DNA of 64,000 nt from Longimicrobiales bacterium (GCA_965238005.1 OZ250165.1:2848001-2912000); one strand, 5' to 3'. Positions 1-11,552 are shown, counted from the stretch's first letter. Notes: generated from the sequence alone by a model not told the origin. Program-made: numbers and translations.

Positions 1-1690
1 CCACGATAAAGCCCAGCTCCGAGAGGCTCATCATCGTGTTGAAGGCGCTGAAGCTCTTGGGCACGAAGCTGCTGTGCGGCCCTGCGTAGATGTACTCGAT
101 GACCGGGTAACGGCGATCAGGGTCGAAGTTGGTCGGGCGGACGATGATCCCCCAGATGTCCGTCACCCCGTCGCGTCCCTTCGCGACGAAGGGCTCCGGA
201 GCCTTCCAGCCGGCCTGCTCCAAGGCCACGATATCAGCCCGCTCCAACTCCATGACGACGGACCGATCACGGGCCCGCCGCAGCTGGGAGACGGGCGCTT
301 GATCGACTCGCGACCAGGTGTCGACGTAGAACTCCTTGTCCTCGGACCAGACGACGGAGTGATTCACGTCGGACTCCGTGTACGCAATCAGCCCCGTGCC
401 GTCGAAGTTCACGCGGTAGGAGTGGATGAAGTACGGGTCCTGGTCGGGATTCATACCGCTCGCCTGGAAGTAGATCTGTCGCGCATCCTCGTCGACGTCG
501 TCCACTTCGCGGACGACCCACTCGCCCCGGGTCACCTGATTCTTCACGGCGCCGGTCAGCCCGTCGTAGAGATAGAGGTGCTTCCAACCGTCACGCTCGG
601 AAGCCCAGACGATCTCGGCCCCGTTTTCCGTGTAGGTGCGGTCGAGCGTCGAGTAGTAGCTGAAGAAGGTCTCCTCCCGCTCGTCCACCAGCGCGCGTGC
701 CTTCCCGGTCTCGCCGTCGACTTCCACGATCTTGAAGGCTTGGTGGCCCCTCTGGTTGTACTCGAAGTAGAACCCGCGGCTGTCGTCCCACCATTGGGGG
801 TCGCTCTGGCTGTACGCGTTGGGGAATATGCTGCGATCCACCACGACCTGCCGGCCTGTCTCGACATTGAACAGGGCGGGCTGCTCGATCTGCAGGCGGT
901 CCCCAGGCTTCAGGTAGACGCGGTTGGAGTACTTGGGCTGCACCTGATCCTCCGGCGACGACTCCACGTAGTGCACGAGCCGCTGGTAACCGGGCGTGAC
1001 CCGGTACACCGCCACCTTCTTGGAGTCGGGGGACCAGACCATTGAACTTGGCTCGTAGTAGTCGCCCTCGGAGCCGTCGGTGCTGATCAACGTCGGCTCA
1101 TCGGAGCCGACCTCGCGAATGGCCACGTTGTAGTTGTCGATCAGGGCCTCCCAGCGACCGTCGGGCGAAACCAGAGGGCCTCCATCTGCCACCGTGGCAG
1201 GCCCCCCGAATCGACCGCTACCCCTCCGGCCACGTCGGCCTAGTGCCTCACCTACACTCTCGCACTGATAGCCCGTCAGGTCACACTGCCAGCGCAGGCC
1301 CTCGGCGTCGAACTGGATGCCAGCCTCTCCGTCCACGAAGTCGAACTGACCGAAGGGCAGCGTGACGTCGGTGTAGCTCTCTCCCGTCGCCTCCGAAAGC
1401 GATGCGGCAAGGCGAGCGTGGTCGAACGCCGGGCCACGTTCGAGCGTCTCGGCGTCCACCAGCAGGAACCTGCTCCCGTCCTGGACGGTCCTCCGATAGG
1501 TGAACCTATGCGTGTCATCGAGCCAAGAGAACCCGGTTGCCTGACCGATTACGAGACCTTCGAAAAGCTCGCGCAGCCCCGATGCCCGCACGTAGTCGGC
1601 GGGCGTGCCCTGTGCCGTGGCTGGTGCAGGGACGAGGAGTAGGGTGGCAGCCAACAGTGAGCAGGCGGTGACACCACGGGGGAATGACAT
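1..1690 (-). CDS. S9B / DPP IV-type secreted peptidase (runs off window start)
   Basis: Translated by hand, not in ORF track. ATG at 1690 with AGGAGG RBS, signal peptide, WSPDSKK and ASERDGWKHLYLY propeller motifs, RYPVIEYIYAGP..LSELGFIVV start of the catalytic domain. Confidence 0.9.
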   Translation of the reverse strand, partial: MSFPRGVTACSLLAATLLLVPAPATAQGTPADYVRASGLRELFEGLVIGQATGFSWLDDTHRFTYRRTVQDGSRFLLVDAETLERGPAFDHARLAASLSEATGESYTDVTLPFGQFDFVDGEAGIQFDAEGLRWQCDLTGYQCESVGEALGRRGRRGSGRFGGPATVADGGPLVSPDGRWEALIDNYNVAIREVGSDEPTLISTDGSEGDYYEPSSMVWSPDSKKVAVYRVTPGYQRLVHYVESSPEDQVQPKYSNRVYLKPGDRLQIEQPALFNVETGRQVVVDRSIFPNAYSQSDPQWWDDSRGFYFEYNQRGHQAFKIVEVDGETGKARALVDEREETFFSYYSTLDRTYTENGAEIVWASERDGWKHLYLYDGLTGAVKNQVTRGEWVVREVDDVDEDARQIYFQASGMNPDQDPYFIHSYRVNFDGTGLIAYTESDVNHSVVWSEDKEFYVDTWSRVDQAPVSQLRRARDRSVVMELERADIVALEQAGWKAPEPFVAKGRDGVTDIWGIIVRPTNFDPDRRYPVIEYIYAGPHSSFVPKSFSAFNTMMSLSELGFIV

Positions 1691-1911
1691 CTTGCCTCCT
1701 GGCTAACAGCGGTCGCGCATGATTGAGGCGCGGGCGACGGGATCAGACCGTGGTCAACATCCGAGAGCGGGCCGGTAGGCGCAAGCAGACCCCCGTGAGA
1801 CGCTTGTAATCGCGTTCTGAGCGTCTTCGGGGTTTATTCGGCATCCTGGAGGCGGGCTGGAGCGTCCTCGTGGCTTAGAAGGCCCTTCACGCCACGAAGT
1901 CAGTCACCTAG

Positions 1912-3513
1912 GAGTCTGCGCCGCAGAAGCACAGCTGACTGAGCCGAATGGTCATCGAGCCGTCCGCGGCGAGGCGGATCCGGGTGATTGGGAGGTTGAG
2001 GACTTGTGTCTGCGACGGATCGGGAGAGCGGAATGGATGCGTTGGGGGGGGCAAGAGAGCTACGAGAGCCCTCGCGCCGGCAGATGCGGGTGAACCCTCG
2101 TGCAGTCATGCCGCCTGAAGGGTGTGCAGCCGCTTCACATTGAGTGCCAGGCACACGAGGGTCCACTCGGCCCGGACCTTCTCGAGGCCCCGGAAGCTGA
2201 ATCGTCGAAAGCCCATCACTTCCTTGATCCAGCCGATGGGCGCCTCGGCCTGCGACTTTCGCCGTGCGTAGCGTCTGCGGCCATCTTCGCTCGCCAGCTT
2301 CTCCGCCATGCGGACTTTCGCCGGATATTCCTCCTTGTCAACCGTGGGGGCGGCCTTGCCCTCCCGGGCCAGCGCCACATACCCGTCGATGTCTCGCTCT
2401 TCCAGTTCCTCGAGATCCCGCTCGTTGCAATAGCCCGTGTCCGCCAGCACCTGCGCCGGCGTCTCGCCGTACGCTTGCGCCACCGCGTCGACCATGGGCA
2501 CCAGCTGGCCCTGGTCGCTCGCGTTGTCCGTCACCTCGGCCCCGACCACCAGCTGGTTCTCCCCCTCCACGACCGTCTGTGCGTTGTAGCACTGCTGGAA
2601 CCCCTCCGAACTCGTCTTCATGATCCGGCTCTCAGGGTCCGTGAAGTTGCTCTGCGCCGCCTCGTCCGGCTCTCCGTACTCCCGCTTGTAGGGCCTGCCG
2701 CCCTTCGGGTTGCGCGTCTGCCCCGGCTTGCGGCCCCGTGCGTCGTCCGCCGCTCTCTGCTCGGCTTCCAGGCGCGCCTTCGCCTCCCGGATCGCCGCCA
2801 GCCGGTCCTCGCGCCGCTTGAGCTCCTCCGGCACCTCGTCTCCGCATGCTTCCTCGCCGTAGCGCTCGTCTTCCGCTTCGTCCACCGCCTCGGCCCTCTC
2901 CAACAGCCCCCGGATCTCCGCCTCCAGCCGAGGCTCCCCGGTCACCATCCGGCCGTAGCTCATCGCCTTGCGCTTGTTCGCGTTCGCCCGAACCTTCGTC
3001 CCGTCCACCGACACCCTGCCAAGCCCCGCCAGCCCCAAGGCCCGCGCGAGCATCACCACCTCCACAAACACCGCCCGGAAATCCCCGAGATGGCGCTTGC
3101 GGAACTCGCACAGCGTCCGGTGCTTCGGGAAGTTCTCCGCCGCCAGCATCCGAAACGCGACATCCTCCTCCAGCTTCCTCGCCATCTTCCGCGACGAGAA
3201 GGTGCCCGTCGCATACGCGTAGATCAGCACCTTGACCATCATCCGAGGGTCGTACGGCGAGTTGCGCCGCCCGTCCCCCCGGTACCGCCCGTAGAACGCG
3301 CTCAGCTCCACCGCGTCCACCAGGTCGCTCACATGGTGCGCCAAATGACCCTCCGACACCCACTCCCGAAGATCCGGAGGCAGCAACAACATCTGCTCCG
3401 GATCGTACGGTCGAAATGTCGTTCCCATTCACCCCCCTCGGTGATCCGCAAGCCTTCCCAATGCCTTCGCTACCACCAAAGATAGCCGCCGCAGGGTTCT
3501 GCGGCGCAGACTC
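1912..3513 (-). mobile_element. IS1182-family insertion sequence, apparently intact
   Basis: Perfect 17-bp terminal IRs GAGTCTGCGCCGCAGAA (1912-1928 and 3497-3513) flanked by CTAG at 1908-1911 and 3514-3517. Confidence 0.92.
2106..3428 (-). CDS. IS1182-family DDE transposase
   Basis: LLPPDLREW, YDPRMMVKVLIYAY..SSRK, VDGTKVRANA, TDPESRIMK, YNAQ, LADTGY, FRRFSFRGLEKV motifs. Confidence 0.95.
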   Translation of the reverse strand: MGTTFRPYDPEQMLLLPPDLREWVSEGHLAHHVSDLVDAVELSAFYGRYRGDGRRNSPYDPRMMVKVLIYAYATGTFSSRKMARKLEEDVAFRMLAAENFPKHRTLCEFRKRHLGDFRAVFVEVVMLARALGLAGLGRVSVDGTKVRANANKRKAMSYGRMVTGEPRLEAEIRGLLERAEAVDEAEDERYGEEACGDEVPEELKRREDRLAAIREAKARLEAEQRAADDARGRKPGQTRNPKGGRPYKREYGEPDEAAQSNFTDPESRIMKTSSEGFQQCYNAQTVVEGENQLVVGAEVTDNASDQGQLVPMVDAVAQAYGETPAQVLADTGYCNERDLEELEERDIDGYVALAREGKAAPTVDKEEYPAKVRMAEKLASEDGRRRYARRKSQAEAPIGWIKEVMGFRRFSFRGLEKVRAEWTLVCLALNVKRLHTLQAA

Positions 3514-3915
3514 CTAGCCCGTATTTAATGGTGGCCCTACCTCTTCGATGATGTGGGCGAGTTGCTCTGGTTGTTCAGATGTGGTCATATGACCGCCAGG
3601 CAACATGCGAATATCTAGGCCATGGTCACCCAAACGTTCTCTGGCTTTGACGACCTGATTTGGCTCAAAAATATCGCCTTCGCTGCCCACGATGTGGAAC
3701 GACACCGACTCCTGCAACGCGAGATACAGGCGGCGTAGATCCCACCGCTCCCCGTAATTAGAACGGTGCTCCGCAACAAACCCTGCGGCCTTGCTGACGA
3801 AGGGGAACCCGTTGCGACGACTAATCGCCTCATAGATTTCGTTGAACTCCATGGACGATAACCCGTACGATCTGCGCAGGATGGTCGTGCCAATCATGCT
3901 AAGTTCGTCCTTCAA
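3514..3915 (-). pseudogene. C-terminal fragment of an alpha/beta hydrolase
   Basis: IVGSEGD and PGGHMTTSEQP (acid/His region) present; no nucleophile-elbow half. Stop codon is the IS target CTAG. Confidence 0.55.
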
Positions 3916-4946
3916 TCCTTTGCACTCTTTATGAAACTGACCATTAGATTGGCGACCTCCCGGGGATGGTCATCCCAAGGATGATGCCCGGCTTGGTTGA
4001 AGAAGTGGAGTTGTGCCTGGTCGACTGACTCGCTGATCAGCTCGAAGAGTTCCAGCCCCAAGCGGTGCGGCCGTGAACCTCCGCTGGGATCATTGAATCC
4101 CCAGATCATCAGAGTCGGTGTTTTCAAGCGACCAGTCTCGATGGCTGCCAGCGTTTCATCCTTGACCTCATACATCCACCAACCGGTGCCTGAATTGTTC
4201 GCAAGGGCCGGTCTGGCCTGCACCTTTTCCGGATTGAGCTCAATGAAACGTTTCCTGAGTGCGTCGAATCTCTCTGCGACCTCCCTCCGCTTTTCCCAGT
4301 TTAATTGCAGCTCAGCCAAAGCCTCGTCATACTCGTCGATGTCGAAATTCTTATGAAAACCCATGCTGCTCCTGGAGCGTTGGGCCTGACGACGTGATTC
4401 CAATCTCTCCGCAGTGATAGGGAACCCGACAAAACTAGGGAGGTTGGGTGCGCTGGGCGGGGGATCGCCAGGGGCCAGAGTGTTGGTGTCGAAGATGGTG
4501 AGGGTCTTGACCAGTTCAGGATGATCTATGGCAATGCGAGCTACCGGTAGAGTTCCTCTGGACTGACCGACCAGATGGATCTGATCGATACCCAGCGTCT
4601 CCATAAACTTGTGCAGATGCTTGACCGTGGCCTGCATCGTATACTCCTCATCGCTGGCAGGTTTGTCGGTTAGGCCCATGCCGAGTTTGTCGATGGCAAA
4701 GACATTGAAATGAGCGGCCAAGTGAGTAAAGACCGGCATCCACCCAAGGGCGTTTGACGTCGCACCGTAATGGCCACCATGGACCAGCAACATGGCTTCG
4801 CCGCTTCCGGCTTCAAAGTAGCGGGTCCGGATGCCGTCAACATCCACAAACTTGGACTCGCCCCATGACTGCTCCACTGTTGAGCAGGATGTCGTCGATA
4901 GCAGCAAGAGCAAAGTGCCAATGCCATTTGCAGGAGAGAGCCTCAT
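3912..4946 (-). CDS. Alpha/beta hydrolase, probable lipoprotein
   Basis: LLVHGG, DKLGMGLT, GQSRG nucleophile, WGFND, AGHHP; signal peptide ending TTSC. Confidence 0.88.
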   Translation of the reverse strand: MRLSPANGIGTLLLLLSTTSCSTVEQSWGESKFVDVDGIRTRYFEAGSGEAMLLVHGGHYGATSNALGWMPVFTHLAAHFNVFAIDKLGMGLTDKPASDEEYTMQATVKHLHKFMETLGIDQIHLVGQSRGTLPVARIAIDHPELVKTLTIFDTNTLAPGDPPPSAPNLPSFVGFPITAERLESRRQAQRSRSSMGFHKNFDIDEYDEALAELQLNWEKRREVAERFDALRKRFIELNPEKVQARPALANNSGTGWWMYEVKDETLAAIETGRLKTPTLMIWGFNDPSGGSRPHRLGLELFELISESVDQAQLHFFNQAGHHPWDDHPREVANLMVSFIKSAKD

Positions 4947-5554
4947 GTTCGCCTCCTTGGATCCGAGTTGAGGACTATGGAATCGTTCGACCGAATAGAT
5001 GCGGAGCCGGTCTCCCAGAGCTCGTCTATCAGGTCAAATAGACGCGGCGGAGCGGTCGCGATGACGAGTTCGCACACGGCATCTGCCGCACCCTCCTCTC
5101 CCAATTGCTCGCTGAGCCTATCCCACAAGACCTCATACGAAGTCTTGGGCTGAGCCGCCGCGCTCAGCTGTTGTGCAGGACGACCAGCGGAGTCGTATCA
5201 AGATCACTTCGGTGTCGCTGAGTCAAAGCTCCACCCATGACAATGGCATTACCGACAGTGACGGCTTTACCGCCTGGCTGTACACAGTTCCTACCCACCC
5301 ACCGAATCGTAGGGTTCGACCCTAGGTCATAGACCTTCCTGTCGAGGAAGACCTCCCGCCTGAAACATGGGACCCTAATGGGGGCCATCGGCGGGATTTG
5401 AGGATGGGGAGGAGGAGACTGGCACCACCTCACCTCTTGGGCGATAGCCTGGATCAGCACCGCCAGATCCCTAGCCGAGTAAGGTGTGTGCAAGAAACTG
5501 TGCAAGAACGGATGTAGAAAGGGTGCGAAACCCCTGCTTCGAGCTCGTGCCGCC

Positions 5555-8092
5555 CTAGCGCCCTCCCTCCGAAATCACCTCCGACTCCCCACCCGCGTTC
5601 TTCACGTGCTCGTCGAACCAGCTGATGAAGCGCGCCCACATGTCGAGCTTGTTCTCGATGGCCCGCGGCGTGTGTGACTCGTACGGATAGACGTAGAGGA
5701 CCGCAGGCTTTCCGAGTGTGGTAAGTGCTTGGATGAAGCGTTCGGACTGAATGGGGAAGGTACCGGTGTTGTTGTCATCCCCGCCGTGGTACATGAGGAG
5801 CGGCGTGTTCATCTGGTCGGCCTTGAAGAACGGGGACATCTCGATGTAGGTCTGGGGCGCCTCCCAGATGCTCCGCCTCTCGGATTGGAATCCGGCCGGT
5901 GTGAGCGACCGGTTGTAGGCGCCATCCCCGGCGATCCCCGCCTTGAAGTAGGGGCTGTTGGCTAGGATGTTCGCCGTCGCGAAGGCGCCGTAGCTGTGCC
6001 CCCCGTGGCCGATGCGATCGATGTCGATCACACCCAGCCCGTCCACGGCCCGGATGGACGCGTACATGGCGTTCACCAGGTTCGAGATGTAGGTGTCGTT
6101 GTAGTTCTCGCCGATGATGGGGATGTCCGGATAGACCAGCGCGTACCCCTGAGTGAGCCAGATGTCGGACCAGCGCAGCCAGCTCATGTGCGTGAAGGCG
6201 TTTCGATTGCGCGCCCGCACGGCGGCGTTTTCATAACCCTCCGGCTCCTCGTACTCCCTGGGATACGTCCAGAAGATGGCCGGCACCTTCTGTCCCTCCT
6301 CGTAGTCCACCGGGAGCGACACCCGCCCCTGCACCTCGAGCCCGTCCCGTCTCACGAAGTCGAAGTCGATGCGGCGGGCGGCCGTCACCGCGGGGAATGG
6401 ATCGACGTTATTGGTGAGGTTCTCCATGGAGCCGTCCGCACTCCACAGATAGCTGTCGGGAAAGTCCGTCATGGACTCCCGGCCTACGACGATGCTCGTG
6501 AGATCGGCGTCGAGGGGGACCAGCGGCTGCTCGAACGAGTCCCGCGCGCCCTCGAACACTCGCGTGGTGGAGCCGTCGGACACGCTCAGGCGGTCCACGA
6601 AGGGCTGCGGACGAAAGTCGGCCTTGAAGCCGTCGCCTCTGAGGTAGGCCGAGCGAGAATCGGAGGACGTGAGCGCATAAAAGATACCGTTCCCGGTACG
6701 GGACGCCCACAGGTCGCCGGGCTGCTCCGTGGGATCGTCGGTGTCGAGGAAGTCCACCAGCATGCGTCGCGCCTTAGCGCTCCCGCCGAGATCCCAATAC
6801 GCCAGCCCCGACTGCTCGTCCTTCGAGACCTCGGCGAACACGCCCGCTCCGTCTCGCGTGTACGTCACTGCGCTCACGGGATCTTCGCTCTCGGCGACCA
6901 CCCGAGCCTGCTCCATGTCGAAGGGCGGAGCCAGCAGAATGATCCGGTCCGGCCTCGGCACGTCGCCATCCCCCTCAGCCCGCTGCAGGTAGGTGATCCC
7001 CGCTCCGTCAGGACGCCACGCGAACCCTCGCGGCTCTGCGCTACCGTTCGAGCCGGGGCGACTTCTCCCTTCCTGGAGTGGCCGCTCGTCCAGGGTCGCC
7101 ACCTCAGTACCCTGCCGGTCCATGACCGAAGTCACTCGCGGAAAGCCCCGGTAGGCCGTTCGGAAGGAGAAGGGACGCTCGATAGCGGTCGTCAGCAGAT
7201 GCCGCCCGTCCGGGCTCAGTGAGATCGACTCGAACATGGCCGGCTCACCGAGCAGGCGCGGAGCCCTTCCCTCCGCCAGCTCCGCGACCTGGCTCCGCGT
7301 ATAGTGCTCGAAGAGCGTCTCGTCATGGTCGTCCCTAAGGAGGTTCGGGTAGGTGGGCGTCGGAGTGGGCTCGGCACGAGTGCGGCGCACCACCGGGCCG
7401 CTGGGCACCGGATTGCGCGGTGGCTCGGGGCCCCGGTCCCCTGGCACGAGGAGCGTTATCACCGTCCCTTCGGGAGTCCACTGCAGCATGTTGGACGGTT
7501 GGCTCCCCTGCCCGCGTGCGCTCGTCCCGACGGTGGCGAGGACACGGGCGTCGCTGAGGCTCCGAGCACGGCCGGTCGCAGGGTTCGCGGTCCACACCTC
7601 GGTGCCGTCCGTGAGGTGGGCGAGGAAGGCCATCTGCGCGCCATCCGGTGACCACGTCAGATCGCTCACGAAGCTGCCCTCGGGCAGATCGACGTCCACG
7701 AAGCGCCTCCCGCTGAGCGAGTAGAAGCGCAGCCCGTAGATCCCGTAGGTGTCCAGGTGCCACAGCCGATCCGTCTGCGGCCGAATCTCGAGCTCGGCCA
7801 ACCGATAGGTCTCTCTCGACATGATCTCCAGGGTAGAGAGCTCCGTCACCAGCGGCACGACGAAGTGGTCCCCGTCCGGGCTCATGTAGCTCAGGGTCGC
7901 GTAGTTCTTGTTCGTTCTGAACAGCTCCCGGATCGACGCCGAAGGGAGGACGTAGTGATCGGCATCGGGATTGGCCGCCGGGGCGTCCTGAGCCGAGACC
8001 GTAGAGGGCGCAACTGGTGCGACCGCGAGCGACCCGCCGATCAGAAGGGCGTACAGTAGGAACTGAGGTCGGAGACCTGGCATCTGCGACAC
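5555..8092 (-). CDS. S9 prolyl-oligopeptidase-family peptidase (glutamyl endopeptidase-like), secreted
   Basis: GGHSYG, AYNRSLTPAGFQSE, HGGDDNNTGTFPIQSERF, YPYESH; WSPDG propeller repeats; signal peptide. Confidence 0.92.
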   Translation of the reverse strand: MSQMPGLRPQFLLYALLIGGSLAVAPVAPSTVSAQDAPAANPDADHYVLPSASIRELFRTNKNYATLSYMSPDGDHFVVPLVTELSTLEIMSRETYRLAELEIRPQTDRLWHLDTYGIYGLRFYSLSGRRFVDVDLPEGSFVSDLTWSPDGAQMAFLAHLTDGTEVWTANPATGRARSLSDARVLATVGTSARGQGSQPSNMLQWTPEGTVITLLVPGDRGPEPPRNPVPSGPVVRRTRAEPTPTPTYPNLLRDDHDETLFEHYTRSQVAELAEGRAPRLLGEPAMFESISLSPDGRHLLTTAIERPFSFRTAYRGFPRVTSVMDRQGTEVATLDERPLQEGRSRPGSNGSAEPRGFAWRPDGAGITYLQRAEGDGDVPRPDRIILLAPPFDMEQARVVAESEDPVSAVTYTRDGAGVFAEVSKDEQSGLAYWDLGGSAKARRMLVDFLDTDDPTEQPGDLWASRTGNGIFYALTSSDSRSAYLRGDGFKADFRPQPFVDRLSVSDGSTTRVFEGARDSFEQPLVPLDADLTSIVVGRESMTDFPDSYLWSADGSMENLTNNVDPFPAVTAARRIDFDFVRRDGLEVQGRVSLPVDYEEGQKVPAIFWTYPREYEEPEGYENAAVRARNRNAFTHMSWLRWSDIWLTQGYALVYPDIPIIGENYNDTYISNLVNAMYASIRAVDGLGVIDIDRIGHGGHSYGAFATANILANSPYFKAGIAGDGAYNRSLTPAGFQSERRSIWEAPQTYIEMSPFFKADQMNTPLLMYHGGDDNNTGTFPIQSERFIQALTTLGKPAVLYVYPYESHTPRAIENKLDMWARFISWFDEHVKNAGGESEVISEGGR

Positions 8093-8222
8093 GTTTACCT
8101 CCCGGGATGGACCATCGGGTGAAGGGGCTCACCTTAGGGCGGGCGACTTTAGGGCGCCATGGCAGGACGGCGGCCGATCGAATGACAGGCCGGCGGGGAG
8201 GACCCCGAACCGTCTCTGGAAG

Positions 8223-9320
8223 TCATCCAGGCCCTGCTGCGCTGAGCGTCCGACTCGACACCTCGTGGACCCGGTCCACCAGAAAGGCCACCGCGTCGGG
8301 ATCCGTCGTCCGCTCGATCCCGTGACCCAGATTGAACACATGGCCCGGGGCGGAGCCCGCCTCCGCGAGAACCCGGTCGATCTGACGTCCCAGCTCGTCG
8401 CGGGGGGCGAACAGAGCCGCCGGATCCAGATTCCCCTGCACAGCCAGGTCCGGGCCAAGGATCTCCCGGGCCCGGGAGAGCGGTAGTCTCCAGTCGATCC
8501 CCACGACGTCAGACCCGCAATCACGAGCCGTATCCAATAGGGTAGCCCCCTGGTTCGGGAAATAGATGAGCGGAACGTCGAGCGACTGGAGGGACTCCAT
8601 CACCCGCTGAACCGCCGGGAAGGCGAAGGTCCGGTACGCCTCCGGGCCCAGCAGGCCCGCCCAGGAATCGAAGAGCATGAGGGCCTTCGCGCCCGCACGA
8701 GCCTGGGCCTCCATGTAGCCGATCATGGTGTCCGCCAGCCTCTCCAACAGCTTCCGGGAGGCCTCCGGCTCGGCGAACAGGAAGCCCTTGGCCTCGGCGA
8801 AGGTCTTGGACCCCCGTCCCTGAACCAGGTAGCAGAAGAGCGTGAAGGGAGCTCCGGCGAACCCGATGAGGGGCGCCGAGTCGGGAAGCTCCCGACTCAA
8901 GATGCGCACCGTCTCGAGAATGAAGGGCACGCTCTCCTCCGGATCCGGGACCCGGAGCGCCTCCACCTGTGCCAGGCTCCGGACAGGGTTCTCAAGGACG
9001 GGCCCCGGAGCGAAGTCCAGCGAGACCCCCATCCCTTCCACGGGCGTCATGATGTCGCTGAAGAGGATGGCCGCGTCCATACCGAAGCGCCGGATGGGCT
9101 GGAGCGTCACCTCGGCCGCCAGATCCGGGGTCTTGGTGAGGGTCAGGAAGTCCATATCGGCCCGGATCTTCCGGTACTCCGGCAGGTAGCGTCCGGCCTG
9201 CCGCATGATCCAGACCGGCGTGTGCTCCACCGGCTCACGACGGCAGGCGGCCAGGAAGGGGGATGTCGCCGTCGAACCTGCCCCCGTCTCGGGGGTTACG
9301 GCCACCGAGGCATCGCTCAC
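8223..9320 (-). CDS. hemE: Uroporphyrinogen decarboxylase
   Basis: PVWIMRQAGRYLPEY, DAAILFSDI, GFAGAPFTL, QGNLDP, HVFNLGHG. Confidence 0.98.
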   Translation of the reverse strand: MSDASVAVTPETGAGSTATSPFLAACRREPVEHTPVWIMRQAGRYLPEYRKIRADMDFLTLTKTPDLAAEVTLQPIRRFGMDAAILFSDIMTPVEGMGVSLDFAPGPVLENPVRSLAQVEALRVPDPEESVPFILETVRILSRELPDSAPLIGFAGAPFTLFCYLVQGRGSKTFAEAKGFLFAEPEASRKLLERLADTMIGYMEAQARAGAKALMLFDSWAGLLGPEAYRTFAFPAVQRVMESLQSLDVPLIYFPNQGATLLDTARDCGSDVVGIDWRLPLSRAREILGPDLAVQGNLDPAALFAPRDELGRQIDRVLAEAGSAPGHVFNLGHGIERTTDPDAVAFLVDRVHEVSSRTLSAAGPG

Positions 9321-9321
9321 G

Positions 9322-10311
9322 TCACTCCCCTCCCTTCAAGGCCCGGGCGGCGTCCTTGGCGAAGTAGGTGAGGATGAGGTCGGCGCCGGCCCGCTTGAGC
9401 CCCACAAGACTCTCCATCACGATGCGATCTTCGTCCACCCATCCCTTCTCGGCCGCCGCCTTGATGATGGAATACTCACCCGACACCTGATATGCGGCCG
9501 TGGGCATGCCGAACGCCTCTTTCACCCGGAAGATCACGTCCATGTAGGGCCCGGCGGGCTTCACCATGACGATGTCGGCACCCTCGTCGATGTCCAGCTC
9601 GACCTCGCGAAGCGCCTCGTCGCCGTTGGGCGGATCCATCTGATACGAGCGCCGGTCCCCGAAGGACGGGGCCGAGTGGGCCGCATCACGGAAGGGACCG
9701 TAGTACGCCGATGCATACTTGGCGGCGTACGAGACTATGACCACGTCGGGAAGCTCGGCCACGTCGAGGGCGGTGCGGATGGCGCCCACACGGCCGTCCA
9801 TCATGTCGCTGGGGGCCACCGCGTCGGCGCCGGCCTGGGCGTAGGCGACCGCGGCCCGGGCCAGGAGCGGGAGCGAGGAGTCGTTGTCCACCTCCCCCGC
9901 TTCGGTGAGCACGCCGCAGTGGCCGTGGTCGGTATACTCGCAGAGGCAGACGTCGGCCCACACCAGCAGGTCGGGCACGGCGTCCTTGATGGCTCGGATC
10001 GCCCGGGGAACGATCCCCTCGGGATCGTATCCGGCAGAGCCCTGCGCATCCTTGTGCTCGTCGTCGGGAACGCCGAAGAGGATGACCGCGGGAATGCCCA
10101 GCTCGTGGACCTCCCTAGCCTCCTCCACGACGAGATCGACGGAGAGCTGAAAGACCCCGGGCATGCTCGCCACGGCGTTCTTTACGCCCTCTCCCTCCAC
10201 GACGAAGAGGGGATAGACGAGATCGTCCACAGACAGTGAGGTCTCCCTCACCGCTCGCCGCCAGGTCTCATTCTGGCGAAGCCGGCGCAGGCGGCGCCTC
10301 GGAAAGCTCAT
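9322..10311 (-). CDS. hemB: Porphobilinogen synthase (ALA dehydratase)
   Basis: [45 protein letters not shown]; start placed at [12 protein letters not shown]. Confidence 0.98.
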   Translation of the reverse strand: MSFPRRRLRRLRQNETWRRAVRETSLSVDDLVYPLFVVEGEGVKNAVASMPGVFQLSVDLVVEEAREVHELGIPAVILFGVPDDEHKDAQGSAGYDPEGIVPRAIRAIKDAVPDLLVWADVCLCEYTDHGHCGVLTEAGEVDNDSSLPLLARAAVAYAQAGADAVAPSDMMDGRVGAIRTALDVAELPDVVIVSYAAKYASAYYGPFRDAAHSAPSFGDRRSYQMDPPNGDEALREVELDIDEGADIVMVKPAGPYMDVIFRVKEAFGMPTAAYQVSGEYSIIKAAAEKGWVDEDRIVMESLVGLKRAGADLILTYFAKDAARALKGGE

Positions 10312-10322
10312 TCCCCTGCCTC

Positions 10323-11552
10323 TTATTGCGACTCCAGCACGACCGTGATCTCGGCCGCGAAGAGCATCGTTCGGTCGTGGTCTCGCGCCGCCCACTTCCG
10401 GAGGGTCGCGACGCTGGGCTCTACACGCCCCTCGAAAGATACTTCACCATTGGTCACGAGGCGGATAGGCCGGCCGAGATCGAATGCGTCGGGCGAGATC
10501 AGCAGTGTGAATCGCGGGACGTGGTAAGCCTCGATGGTGACCGTGTTCCCTTCTCGGAGGGCATCCACCAGTCCGCTGGCCCCGTCGTAAGTGAGGGCCG
10601 CCAACTGACCCCGCTCCTCGTCGCCGGCGATGTGCCCAACCTCGTCGATGACCACCCAGTGGGCCCTGTTGTACCGGTCGGCCTGCTCGGTGGCCCAGAT
10701 GACGCGCTCGGGAAGTGGATCTCTGGGGTGGAGCTCCATGAAGTCCTCGATGTTCTCCAGCTCCTCCGGCCACCAGCTGGTGTTGTGCCCCCCGGGCTTC
10801 GGCTTGAACACGAAATCGACGCCCAGCCTCTCGAAATCCTCGAGGAACGGCTCCATGTAGCGGACGGGGTAGAGCCGGTCCGTCTCCCCGTTCACGATGA
10901 AGAGCGGCTTGTTCACCAGGTTCGCCAGATGCATCATCCCGTCGGCTCCCACCCGAGAGTTCAGGAGCACGCCCGGATAGCCGATGAACGGCAGGAAGCC
11001 GGCCCACGGTGTCGTGTCCCGGAAGCTCAGGAAGTACACGCCCGTGCCTCCGTCGGAGATACCCGTGGCGAAGACGCGGTTCTCGTCCACGTTGTACGTT
11101 TGCTTCAGCTTCGTGAGGATGCCGTTCAGGTTCTCCACCTGGCTCGCATGCCACCACAGCGACTCGCGCGTCGAGAGCGGGATGACCGCGATGTGATCCT
11201 CGCTCGTGACGCGCTCGGTGTTGCGCCACCAACCGCCCCCGGGCCCCGGATCGGGCCGGCCTACGCCCCCGTGCAGGTACACGCTCACCGGATAGCGACG
11301 AGCGGGATCGTAGCTCTCGGGGACGAGAAGGAGATACCGGTGCAGGAGCCCGTCCCGGTTGTTGCGGGTGAGCTCGATGCGCCCCGTGGGGACGTCACTC
11401 TCATACTGGGGTCCGTGTCGCAGCTCTTCGTACACCCGGTCGAAGAGTTTTTCCGACGATTGGGCAGCCAGCCGCAGCGGCATCAGCGCCGACAACCCCC
11501 CGCCCGACAGCGCCACAGCCAGCGGGATCAACGCCAGACGAAATCCCCTCAT
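10323..11552 (-). CDS. Secreted alpha/beta hydrolase (esterase/peptidase-like)
   Basis: [29 protein letters not shown]; signal peptide from [10 protein letters not shown]. Confidence 0.8.
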   Translation of the reverse strand: MRGFRLALIPLAVALSGGGLSALMPLRLAAQSSEKLFDRVYEELRHGPQYESDVPTGRIELTRNNRDGLLHRYLLLVPESYDPARRYPVSVYLHGGVGRPDPGPGGGWWRNTERVTSEDHIAVIPLSTRESLWWHASQVENLNGILTKLKQTYNVDENRVFATGISDGGTGVYFLSFRDTTPWAGFLPFIGYPGVLLNSRVGADGMMHLANLVNKPLFIVNGETDRLYPVRYMEPFLEDFERLGVDFVFKPKPGGHNTSWWPEELENIEDFMELHPRDPLPERVIWATEQADRYNRAHWVVIDEVGHIAGDEERGQLAALTYDGASGLVDALREGNTVTIEAYHVPRFTLLISPDAFDLGRPIRLVTNGEVSFEGRVEPSVATLRKWAARDHDRTMLFAAEITVVLESQ

